64,000 bases of DNA from Eukaryota sp. TZLM1-RC (lineage: Eukaryota; Protista; Metamonada: BaSk clade), in the NCBI GenBank assembly GCA_040285825.1, contig JAUPSS010000007.1, forward strand, positions 644,501 to 708,500, in the 5' to 3' direction. Position numbers and translations under genes: made by a program. This document shows positions 24,685 through 35,729 of this stretch, piece after piece. Each line of letters begins with the position of its first letter. The first letter of the stretch is position 1. The notes beneath the pieces were generated by a model, which saw nothing but the letters and a program-made list of their open reading frames with translations, searched no databases and was not told the DNA's origin.

Positions 24685-25275
24685 TCAAGCACAACGAAGA
24701 TCATCAAGGTCTTGTCCACTCACTAACATATCTTTTCCTATCTTCACAGCTTCCTCACATGAAACCAACGCTTTAACAATGGACAAGGCAAACAACAATG
24801 CAGTTCCTGGTCCTCGTGATGTTATAACATTACCAGTTCTCACCACCTTGTCCTCAGAATATGAGCGACAGAGAGGGAGTAGTTTTTCCTTCAGTGCAGG
24901 GTAGCAAGTGGCAGGTTTGTTCTCCAAGATTCCTGCATGACCCAACACAAGTGGAGCTGCACAAATAGCAGCGACTGTACGGTTTCTCTCGTGATGACGT
25001 TGGATAAATGTATGAATGTCCTGGTCCATGTAGAACTTCTCTTTCGTGGCAGCAGGGCCTCCTGGGATCACAATAAGGTCGTATGTAATTTCTGCTACTT
25101 GAGCCAATGTTCTATGTGGGGAAACAGTGATACCATGTGCAGTGGTGATAGTAGGAGTGTCGGGCAATCCCAGGATCGTTATTTCAAAAAGACCTGTACG
25201 AGACAGTACATCAACAACAGTGAATGCTTCAATAGGTTCACATCCATCGAATACCAAAATTGCTGCTTGTTGCAT
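24685..25275 (-). CDS. DJ-1/ThiJ/PfpI family protein
   Basis: GCEPIEA, DLIVIPGG, AAICAAP (catalytic Cys), ATCYP, ITSRGPGTA; 196 aa from the ATG at 25275. Confidence 0.93.
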   Translation of the reverse strand: MQQAAILVFDGCEPIEAFTVVDVLSRTGLFEITILGLPDTPTITTAHGITVSPHRTLAQVAEITYDLIVIPGGPAATKEKFYMDQDIHTFIQRHHERNRTVAAICAAPLVLGHAGILENKPATCYPALKEKLLPLCRSYSEDKVVRTGNVITSRGPGTALLFALSIVKALVSCEEAVKIGKDMLVSGQDLDDLRCA

Positions 25276-26499
25276 GATGAGATATTGTGGGGGAGGGGGA
25301 ATCAAATCATTATCTAATATCAAATCCTCTAACCGAACCCTCTTTTCGCCCCTAGACAACTATCAGGTGGCTACTGTTAATGGTGGCTATCCATACGATT
25401 TTATGTGGTCATGGTTCTTCTCAACAACACACGTGATTCTATAGATTATTTCGTCAATTGTTGTTGTTGAGATAAAAAATTTAACACCAACAGTACACAA
25501 TTCAATTGCACACATTTGTTGTGACTATTCATATACTTGTTCTCTATTTAATAGAATAAAGACTGATTGTTTGTTTTATTGACATGACATATTCCTATCT
25601 GTTTCAAAAGTCTATTTTGATGCCGCTCGGCAGATGAACACATGAAGAAGAGAGAAAATTCAAGTTTATTAATAAAAATGCTTCATTAACGGGTATTACG
25701 TCATCAAACAAAATACAAAGAAATCTGCTAAAACAATTTAAGAACAACAACAATTTAAGATTTATCACACAATACAGAATAGAGAACAAAGATAAACACT
25801 GCATAATTATTTAAGACAATATATTTAACTGTTGGTTTGATACAAAAAGAGTCACAATATGAGTTAAAATTGAAAAAATAAGTTTAACTGTTCATAAGAT
25901 CAACTTCAACTGTAGCTTGGTGGATTTTGTAGTTTCTCCAGCATAGAGGTATTTTCAGAAACAAACCCGTCTGTGGGTTTTCTGAATTTACAAAATCTAT
26001 AGAAATACCGTATACGGTGGTTTAAAAGTGTTGCAAACCCAGTATTTTATTTTGGTTGTTAATAAATAAAAAAAATTTATATTAAAAAACGCATTTCTAT
26101 TCTAAAATTACAGTAAAAACAAGAATTAAACCTGCAATACATGAAGAAAAATGAATGAACAACATCACAGTTTCAAATAAAGGCATTGAGGAGTACCGAG
26201 AAAAAATAGAATAAACAGGACATTACTGATATTTGGAAAAACACACGAAACCGCAAAAGAGGATAGTGTAATCAGCCGCCCTTTTGGCTCACCACAGAAC
26301 AAAAACTAGTCTAAGTATCACATAGTGGAGTTATTGCAGAGAAGCAAACTAAACAACAGAGATACTGGTTAAGGCATGAATCACTGTAGCCTTTCCCATT
26401 GGCATTACAAAGAGAGTGTGCAAAGAAGGGAAGGTCGATCAAATGGGTGAAGGAAACAAAGTACGACGTACACTAATAGGAGAGGTTCAGATAGGATTA

Positions 26500-26746
26500 G
26501 CATCAGGACGTTGTCACTGAGATCTAAGAAGGTGATATTGTAACGACGGATTAGTTTTGAAAGAACAGCAGCTGAATAGGGACCAAAAGCACAATCAAGG
26601 AGTTTCAAGTGTGAGGTTATGGAAGGAAACGATTTCTGAAAATCATCAAAACGTTGAGTGGAAGGAGACTCGCCCAAGTCTTTACATCGTAGAAGATAAA
26701 ATTCGTGTAAGAGAGAAGTTGTGATTGTTGTCTTGTCAAGAGTCAA
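26500..26746 (-). pseudogene. Fragment of an LRR-protein gene
   Basis: FYLLRCKDLG...LKLLDCAFGPYSAAVLSKLI..NITFLDLSDN is an RI-like LRR start; no ATG, and homology breaks off. Confidence 0.5.
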
Positions 26747-27050
26747 TGTTAGGTTAAGTGGTTTCTATTTAAAGATTAGAGAAGTGTTAAGTTGTGCACA
26801 TTATGAAATAAAACGAACTCATTCAAACAACACGTTCCCTTGATTGAATGTGCTACTGTTATCAACTAAAGCAACTCCTTCAACTGTAACCTTTTCAAGA
26901 AGGAAAAGAGTTGAGGCAGCTTGAGTATCACGTATTATATTGTTTCAATTATCATTTTGCTCATGTTTTGTATTTTTATAGATGCAAGAAGATGTGAATA
27001 AATGAAATTTTATTGTTTACTGTCTGATCTTTTCTTGACTGACATTCCCA

Positions 27051-28876
27051 ATGGCAAATCCAGAGTTGCCACGTCGAGGGCGTGTACTCCCCTGGGAGGT
27101 TTACCGTCCCGAGTGTAAAAATACCGCATGTAAGACAACCGTTGCTGCAGCGACAGTTTTGTTACATACGAACTGTCAACGTCTTCGCCCGTCGTTTTGC
27201 TCATTATTGTTTACTGATACATCCGAACATGGTCCATTGTGCCATCAACTGTTCTGGTATCAATGCCAGGACTTTGTCATGATGACCAGTCCTCCAGTAC
27301 GGAGTCCCTTTGAGAATAACAGGGAGGTTTACGAGGCTCTCTCTTATGCTTCTGACCCAACCAGGTTGCCTTTTTCCTTTCTGGGTTGTGATGAAAGGAC
27401 TGACAACTGGTGCCATTCTGACATCCGAAGCTTTCGCGCACTTCAAATGGCGAACAGCTTCTGTCATAAAAAGACAAATGGCCCAGTTGAATGGAAGCTT
27501 AACTTTTACAAAACAATGGCAGCCCTCTTTGACCAGCTCCGAAAGGATATTCTGCTGCCGTTCTTAAAGATTCCGCCATTTCTGAGTAGCTACTGGGTTG
27601 GTATGAGCAACATCATGTTCCCATAACTGATTTATTTAACCAACAAGTAGGGGGCCCTGCTAGGTTCCAAGCCCTTCTAGAAGAAGTTGACATTTCAACT
27701 GAACGCTGAATCGATGACTTTAAACTTCTCCGTTGGCCTCCGTATTTTGTCTTTCGAGAACATGGCCGGTTAAACAATAAAAAGACACGCTCTCGCTCCA
27801 TCCGCAAGCTAGTCACCAGGTTTTATTTCCTTCAGTTAAAAACTTGAAAAACACTTCTTGCGTTTAAATATTTACCGACAAGTACTCAGAATCCCATTCA
27901 AGTTCTTCAACAAAAAAGCTTTGCCCTTGCATCAGATGTTTTATTTCTCACGGTAACATTCTCAACAGTCCCTAAGGGAACCAAGAATCGCTACTCAGCC
28001 AGAGAATTTGAAACTGCCAGACTGCCAGTGGACAACACGATATTCCTGCCAATAGTCGGAACCGCAACTCCAGAGTTCAACAACAGTCCGTCTAAGGCAA
28101 CGTCGAAGAACTGACGACACCTATGAGCCTTCTCCAGTTGATCCAATTGAACAATCATTTTGGGCAACTGCTGCTAACCACAAAATATTTGATTGGGTAT
28201 TCAATTGGAACAAGAATGGATTATGACAGTGTTGATCATCAACTTTTGCACCTTGTTTTAAATCCAAAGGCAAAGAAAATCATGCAACCACCTGTCTTGA
28301 CCCATACATCACCAATCTGCTATTTTGCACAGAATTTCGCGAATATCTGTATGAATTGGCAACACCTTTGATGTGGGTACCGACGAGGAATCCCGACTTC
28401 CGTCCGAGAACATTACTAGACCAACTACTGATAAATGGAGATCGCCGAGCCCTGCGCTGCAACAAGTTTGATTTTTTTATAAAAAGCCAAAAAGAATGGA
28501 ATTTATTGGAAGAATTAAACTAATAGCTAGTGGAAGAGAAACGAAATTTAGGTTTGGCCGTGGAGGTGATGGGCCATGAAGACAAGCTGTGAAAATTTCA
28601 AGGAAGCGCTTTTTGAAGGAGATTCAGAAACAATTTGAATATGTGAAGCCTAATGTAAATGAATTTTACACATCTGACAAAACGAATTGCTGTAAGGTAT
28701 TCAATCAATAGATGTATCACGATGATGGGAGGGTGCACAATGATAAGTTTGTATGCCCTCAATGTCAGACACTCTGGTCGAGGGACATCTCAGCTTCCAG
28801 AAACCAACTGGAGATTGCCATAAGTGAGCACTACTACAGTAAATGACCTTAGGCGTTTCAGAGACGCCGTAGATGA
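27051..28876 (+). pseudogene. Fanzor1-like (TnpB-related) RNA-guided endonuclease, decayed
   Basis: Joined across frames: KRHALAPSAS*SPGFI (27780) and FALASDVLFLTVTF (WED-like); CLDPYITNLLF (RuvC-I D, 28299); RCNKFDFFIKSQK; FRFGRGG; VNEFYTSDKTNCC (RuvC-II E, 28661); CPQC; WSRDISASRN (RuvC-III D, 28784); K*P*AFQR terminus. Confidence 0.85.
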
Positions 28877-28990
28877 ATGTTTTTCCATGTATTGCGTACT
28901 TGTACGCGTATTGTGATGTTGCTGCTTTAACTATGATTTGATCGTGATATCATATAGTTATATAACTAAAGTAAGCTTATCATCTATCAA
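28852..28990 (+). ncRNA. Candidate Fanzor omegaRNA scaffold
   Basis: Stem-loops overlapping and following the Fanzor stop: GGCGT..ACGCC (28852-28868), GCGTA-CTTG-TACGC (28894-28907), TAACTATGAT..ATCAT(AT)AGTTA (28928-28960), and palindrome TAGTTATATAACTA (28955-28968). Confidence 0.45.
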
Positions 28991-29137
28991 GATTGCATGA
29001 ATTGGTCAAAAAAAAGATGATAGAAATTCATAATATTTCAGTTTGAGCTTATTTTTGAATCCATTTGGTAAATGTGGCATCTCAAATTTTTTCAGTAATA
29101 AACCTAACATTATCCAAAGATTCGTTTGGGTAAATAT

Positions 29138-29565
29138 GACATAGCCAACAATATTTACACACAATTTCACACAAAGTTGGATTACAAGTGATCAGTGGTT
29201 GATCGGTTCTAGTAGAGAAAGACTTAATGCAACTCAACTAAACCTACTAATGACTACTCAAATGTCCATAATGCAAGTTTACCACTACAATTGTGTTTTG
29301 ACTGTTTCCAAAATGGACTTCAATGTTTTGACCAATGATTGTAATAAACAACCATTCATCAATATACGAAACTAGGAACGTCACCAGAGCCTCAGTAAAT
29401 CGATTAAAAAGTGACACTCTTACACTGACAGCAATGGTTTATTGAGTTTTTGACATTTAATTGTATACTTTTAAATTTATCAAATTTTTCACAATTTAAT
29501 GTTTAACAATTAATAAACATAATTAATTCAAATAAATGCAAAAACATTTGTTTAAATGTAATTAT
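29138..29565 (+). repeat. Dispersed, diverged monomer of the ~463-bp tandem repeat at 62985-64000
   Basis: Shares blocks such as ACACACAATTTCACACAAAGTT, TTTGACCAATGATTGTAATAAACAACCATT, CAATATACGAAACTAGGAAC and GAGCCTCAGTAAATCG. Confidence 0.85.
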
Positions 29566-29648
29566 GTGCCTCATAATAGACATTACTTATATTTTGTGGA
29601 TAATGCTGACAAGACTTTGGTTTTATTGGCACATAATGTTGTTTGTTG

Positions 29649-31139
29649 TTATGTTTCAACAACCAGCAGATTCGACAACGAATCTTCACTCAGTGATTTG
29701 GATAAAGTACTTCTACTCTTTCTATTACGCTTAATTACATACCAGATAGCCAATACTGATAGGACAACCAGCACAGAGAGAGCAATGTAGACATACTGAA
29801 AGAATGGGTTAGTTTCAGGAGAAGGAGGGGTTGGAGGAGAAGGTGGGGTTGGAGTTGTTATAAACTGAGTCTTGTGTCCTGTGAAAACATCAGCTACATC
29901 GTAATCGCGTGTAGCCCAGTTGAAGAAAGCCTTCTTGTCCTTATCAGTCCAGCTAAATAAAGTATTGTTGAAATCCACAGCATAGGCAATACGAAAACCA
30001 CCAGCAATACTTCTAACTGTACTTAATCCTTCAACTTTACCAGGGGTTCTGCGGTGTACTATGTCATCAGATCGTCCCAAAACTTCTCCGCAACTATAAA
30101 CATCGCCTTCTTCAGTAAGGAACATTGTGAATTCCAAACCACCACTAACTTGAGTTACCTTGTATAATGAAGAATCAACAATTAGTTGAGGTGTCTTGAC
30201 ATTCTTGCTTGGATATGTTTCTCCAAGGCAAAGTTGATCCAACAAATTGTATCCAGTGGCCATCAATTCGTCTTGTTCGGTGATGAATACAGAATGCACT
30301 TCAACAGCAACAACTCTCTTGACTAGTGGATCGATTATAACATCGACTGGGGAGCACTCATAATACAGCGATTCAGTTGTAGCTGATTTTCCCGTGCCAA
30401 GTTGACCATAACCACCATTACCCCAAGCCTTAACCCTGCCGTTAGCCAGTAATGCTAGTGAATGTTTTTTTCCAACAGATATATCAATAACATTTGAAAA
30501 CGCCTCAATTCTCTTGGGCAAATACTGATTATTTGTGTCACCATGGCCCAATCTTCCATACGTCCCATCTCCCCATGAATAGATAGTGCCATCTTCGAGT
30601 CTTGCAAGACTATGGGACTGACCAACAGCAACCTGAACAACACTAGATAACGCGGTAACATGAGTTGGAAAGTGTTGGTCATCAAAGTGCCCCAAACCTA
30701 ATTGGCCATCAGAGTTCCGACCCCAAGCAAAAAGATTTCCTTCACTAGTGAGGGCTAGAGTGTGATATTCACCAGCAGCAATGTAAGCAAACGTTTGATT
30801 AGTAAGTACTGGTAAAGGTGCAAAAAGACCGTCGTCTGTGGAATTGGTGCCTGTTTGATGATAACCATTGTCACCCCAAGCTAAGAGTTCATCATACGAG
30901 ACGGTGGAATCTGTATTGCAAGGTGAACTTTCATCATCAACATTGGTGGAAACCTTTGAGCTTTTGTCCCCGTCACCAACAAACAGAATCGAGGCAATGG
31001 AGGGAGGAGAAAATTTCAATAAGGGGGCATCGGAGGAGGCGTCGGACCACAGAACTTTTTGATCATTGCCATCACGTACAACCATTTGGACTTCATCAGC
31101 AAGGCAGAGAGCAGCCAGAACAAGGAGAGTGATCAACAT
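29649..31139 (-). CDS. RCC1-repeat type I membrane protein
   Basis: Signal peptide MLITLLVLAALCLA; repeats such as IAAGEYHTLAL..G.LFAWGRNSDGQLGLG; Pro-rich stalk, TM YVYIALSVLVVLSVLAIWYVI, basic stop-transfer. Alternative ATG at 31154. Confidence 0.9.
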   Translation of the reverse strand: MLITLLVLAALCLADEVQMVVRDGNDQKVLWSDASSDAPLLKFSPPSIASILFVGDGDKSSKVSTNVDDESSPCNTDSTVSYDELLAWGDNGYHQTGTNSTDDGLFAPLPVLTNQTFAYIAAGEYHTLALTSEGNLFAWGRNSDGQLGLGHFDDQHFPTHVTALSSVVQVAVGQSHSLARLEDGTIYSWGDGTYGRLGHGDTNNQYLPKRIEAFSNVIDISVGKKHSLALLANGRVKAWGNGGYGQLGTGKSATTESLYYECSPVDVIIDPLVKRVVAVEVHSVFITEQDELMATGYNLLDQLCLGETYPSKNVKTPQLIVDSSLYKVTQVSGGLEFTMFLTEEGDVYSCGEVLGRSDDIVHRRTPGKVEGLSTVRSIAGGFRIAYAVDFNNTLFSWTDKDKKAFFNWATRDYDVADVFTGHKTQFITTPTPPSPPTPPSPETNPFFQYVYIALSVLVVLSVLAIWYVIKRNRKSRSTLSKSLSEDSLSNLLVVET

Positions 31140-33050
31140 CTTGAGTTGAACCATGTGAAAACGTTTCACTGAAAAGTTTGAAGATTTTAAATTATTTACT
31201 CCTGTGAGCCCTTAAATTTTAGATATATGAAAATTTTTCATTTTTCCCTTTTACCTTTTTTGCTTATCCCTGATGCCCTTAACCTGTGACCTACTAGGCG
31301 ATCTCAACATTGATCTGCTTCAACTGTCTCATCAAGCAAACACGGACACCAAGGTGTGTGCTGTTTGAACCAATCTCTGGTTGGGAAAGTCACAATATGA
31401 AGTAGCTTCTTTTGATAGCGTCAATCTGCCTGCTTTATCAAAATTTATATGGTAAGCTTTCACTCGAAAGAACATTACTTGAAGACTATGACTATCAGTC
31501 AAAACAATGGTTTATTTTAATAAATGAAAAAATTAGTTAACTGAGATAAAGTAAAAGTGCCAAATTGGACTTATTTTGCCCTTATTTGATTTGAGCCTGG
31601 GTGTGCTCATTCCGGTTTTCAAAATTATCTTTAAACTAATTTACTAAAAACTATAACAATTATAAATATACAAAATACTAATGTGTTCTTTTGTCTAATG
31701 TTATCTCCGCGCTAGTTGGAATTCGCACAAAAAAGGTTTTATACTTTTAAAACAACAATGAATGCACTATGACTCTACCATTTGTTTGACCATTGTCAAT
31801 TTCTTCTTTGGCAACACATCGTCCATCAATGTTTGTTCTCCTTTTTTTAGTTATATATTTTGATTGGTCATAAACACTATCTAATATTCAATATCCTCAA
31901 ATCTTCCATAATATTGTTCTATTTATTGGAAAATATCCAAAACCTACACTGGTTGGTACAGTGGTAATTTGATGGTTTCTCTTGCTTTCTTAATGGTTAT
32001 TTTATTGTGTAATTCCTCACATTACTAAAACCGGAATAGTACACGTATACCCACTTCTGTGGAAAATGTACCACATCTACCGACCTCAATAAACGAAACA
32101 CAAATAACCAAAATCATTTCTAGGTATTCCACAATCTAGATACAGGACAAGATCATTCTCAAATAGTCTAATAAGAACTGTTAATCCTTCTTCTTCAACA
32201 ATACCAATTGTTCCAAGGAGAGCGGGTCCCTTGCTGTAGGAATTTGGTTCAGAAATCAGTGGTGATGACTCAGATGGGAAGGAATCAAATATATCAACTG
32301 CAGCAGAATACTTGTTTGAAGATCATCATGTTTGACTTTGTAGCATGTTGTTCATAAGTTTTTTGCTAATGTTTGTCATAAATTGCCTGATATACTACTG
32401 AAAGTAGGAAGTCAAACACTGAAATGATGACGTCATCATTTACATTATATTGAGTAAAAGTTTCCATAAAGGAATTGGATAGAAAAGTACAAAGATTAGA
32501 GTGGTGGGTACTACTCGTGTTCTACTTTTCAGCAAAGTGGGAAGACATGACTTTTACTATTAAACATTTAAGTTGAGAATTCAAAAGTGTCTCCTGTTCA
32601 TTCGCAAAAGTTGAAACTTTATCAACCTCGCTGTCCTCAACCTATACTGTATTCCTTTGGCTTAAAACTCCTTCTTCTCAACTTTCCTATTTGGCACTAT
32701 TGTTGAGTGTAACATCAATCAGATTGAAACTCCCCACATCCAAGCAAATCCCCCTCTTTGTTTCCAACACGCCTGCCTTTGGAAAGAATGACCCGTGTTT
32801 TATGATCTCCCCTTTGAAACTCACTGTCACTTTTGTTGATCTCCTTTACGTTCTCTTCTCCTCTTTCAGTTGATCATCAGGGTTTGATATCTTTTCGATT
32901 CCTCACTTAGTTTTGTACATTGCATACCCTCTATTTCGTTGAAACAGTTATTATTTGGCATGGGGTTTCTTGCCATAAATTATCGTGTATTTGCTGTATC
33001 TCAAATGATTCTCTTCGTCATTCGGAGCCAAACCTCAGAAGGTTGAGTTT

Positions 33051-33113
33051 TTGACTTTAGTGGGAATCGAACTCATGACCTTGGCTTTGGAAGGATATTA
33101 CCATTGGAGTCAA
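33051..33113 (-). pseudogene. tRNA-derived remnant (pseudo-tRNA or SINE head)
   Basis: Minus strand GGTCATGAGTTCGATTCCCAC is a T-arm/B-box, and terminal TTGACT..AGTCAA can pair. D and anticodon arms cannot be reconstructed. Confidence 0.35.
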
Positions 33114-34759
33114 CATTAGATGAGTCATTGCTGTCGGCGACAAGGTGTTGATTATTTACTTGCTTCTTTTATTTGTTGCCAAGATGATTTTATTTGGTAC
33201 TTTTTCTCTATTTATTCATTCAGTTTTCAAATTTGTTTGTTATAATATCTTCTTTGGTAAGTAATGGCGGAATCTTTGATGAATTATTATTGTTTTGTAC
33301 CACATTCGGGTGCCCAGTTTCAGTTGTTTGGAATTATCTACTGTTGACTTGGGTGTACAGTTTCAGTTTTTAACAGCTGCCACGTCATCACTTAGTTTGG
33401 TCAGGTTGGGTTAGGTTAGTTCCCTGTAGGGTTAGGGGTAGAATTTCTGTTTTCTACAGCTTTTATTATTGTGATTTACTTTTGGTTTAATTGTTGGTCG
33501 TTCAAATTGGTTTTTACGGTGTAGTTTCTGTTCAACTGTTTGATCAGGCAGAAAGTTTTCAGTTATTTATTGTTTTTATCAATTCAAATAGAGAGTCTCT
33601 ACCAAATATTGAGAGTAATTCTCTTTATTTAGAGTCTCTATTCATAAATACATAAACGACTGAGTAATCATCAATCATTCAGTTTTGTTTGAGGTTGATT
33701 ACGGTCAAGAAAGATCTGAATACGTGTGTCCGTATAGTCTACATGTTTTTGGCTCTTTGTAGGTTTAATACTTTCATTCATTTGTATTTCATTTATATGA
33801 ATTATTTATTTTTATTTTATTTTGTATTTTATGAGTTATTTGAAAATTATTATTATTAAAAAATCACCAATGTCGCCCACGATAACCTTGGAATTCATCA
33901 GGTTATATCCGATAATATGTTCACTGAATGTTTATATAAGATTATTCAAATTAGGCTTTGTTAGAAATTAATTCATACCATTCTGAACAATTAATGGAAA
34001 TATTTTTTCTTCTAAACATTAGCAAATGATTCTTGGTATTGTGTACAAGGCTTTGCATCAATAACATAGCCAAACTCAAAGTCAATAAGAGCAATTTCAC
34101 ATTCATCGGGATTGGTTTTGTTTTTGAAGAGTGGACATCTCCATGGCAAATATTCTCTTGTTGGAAGAACAGAAAGACCTTGAGAAGAATGATCATATCT
34201 TTTTTATCACGTTTTCTGAAGCTGTGGGAGGTGAATAAAAGAGGGAAGGTTTGAACAAGAAAGACAATTCATTGATTCTATACTCAATATTTTACTTGAA
34301 ATCAATCAAATAATCAATCAAATATGGCATGTGCTTTTAGCACTTGACGAGTATTACTTTTCTTTTATTTGAAGACTGGCAAAAGCAGTAGCTGTTGAAG
34401 TATTTCGTCACTCAAGAATTTATTGAATTGACAACAAAATGGACATCATTTACACAATAGTCGACCAATTCTTTCCGTGATGAATCGTTACCCTTTCCCA
34501 TAATATTTGCATCCTTTTTAGACACAGTAGTTTTTTGTGGTGACGAACTATATCAGGACCGGAGATTTTTTTATTTATTATTGTTACTTTAGTGGTATCT
34601 TTAATATGTTGGGTTTCGTGCACTGTTGATCAGAAACAAATAATACAGAACGTATATGAAAAGAGTTTAGAAAATCCAGTAATGAATAAAAAGTCAATCT
34701 AATAAATAGTTATCACGTCATCACCTTCCTAAAGTAGAAAGTCACGTTTAGCACTAGCT

Positions 34760-35690
34760 AACAAATAAGGCTCACGTACAATATGATGGAAAGGATCAGT
34801 AGTTTTAGGTGAAATGATCTCAAATGGTCTACTCAAGTCAGAGTTTTGTTCTAGGCCTTCTAGGCCTGGTGACTTTCTGCTGCATTGTCTTGGAACACTC
34901 TATATGAGTGACGTTGAAGTCGTCCACTTCACCTGCACCTCGAGCTTCCTTCATTTCATTTTTGGTGCGCCTTTTACCAATAGGCTTGATGGTGTGTGAA
35001 AAAGGAAAACGCAAGCTCACACCGTCAGTGGAGTACTCTGAGTATCTATCCCGAAACATCTCAATAGCGGTAAGGGCACACCAAGAGCTGACCAACATGG
35101 TTTCTGGAACCAAAGGCGTCGAGGGTTTGTTTGTTTGAGTTCACAAAGCCTGGGACATAACCTGCGAGGGGAAACACGGCATGTCGTTTCATACTGTCGA
35201 GTGAGACACACTCCAAGAATGATACTATGGTTAAGCCACAGCGGAGGACAAAAGCACCAACCTCATTGGATAGTCACATGATGGGTTCTAAGGGGATCCG
35301 CTCAAAGGCGTGCTGGTTATTAATGTCAGGGACGTCACAACTGATGTCTAGCACAGCTTCCCATCTGGTGCTGATAAATTCATGCTATTGATTGGCAAAG
35401 GCGGCAACTCTAGGTGAGAATTTTGGCCGGCGCTAGACACAGTAGGCATAGGTTTTGGGAGCACATTGTAAAGAAGTTTTTTTTCCATCACACCGGTTTA
35501 TCAAAAGACGGCGGTGTGCGCAAAGAGACGGGCTGTTACAGAAACAAAAGAGGAATAGCCCCACGAGTGAACCCATCGACCTCCAGTACGGCAGCTGAAC
35601 ACAGTGGAGGAAAAGGCCAACTCGGGTGTGACGAGAGAATGAAGAGAGTGTCTTAAACAACACCTATTGAAGTTGTTCCAGATAATTAAT
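34760..35690 (-). pseudogene. Second Fanzor1-like fragment (N-terminal/WED part, RuvC missing)
   Basis: KPV*WKKNFF, GLTIVSFLE, MKRHAVFPLAGYVPGFV and YSTDGVSLRFPF are collinear with GPVEWKLNFY, GLRILSFE, IKRHALAPSAS*SPGFI and LASDVLFLTVTF in the 27-kb copy; TDGVS is a typical Fanzor1 motif. Confidence 0.75.
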
Positions 35691-35729
35691 AAAATCATAA
35701 TAAAATTCAATTATAATCATTATAAAACA

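Noticed and set aside
27051-28876. Stop-codon reassignment as an explanation for Fanzor stops
   Set aside because: Host genes end at TAA, TAG and TGA normally, and the locus also has frameshifts.
26915-28998. Possible terminal inverted repeats of the Fanzor element (CTTGA/TCAAG)
   Set aside because: A 5-bp match is not significant; ends need a multi-copy alignment.
31700-33000. Coding-like decayed sequence on the minus strand
   Set aside because: Many stops and no recognisable motif.
33400-33440. Degenerate TTAGG/TTAGGG motifs
   Set aside because: Too short and irregular to call an interstitial telomere.
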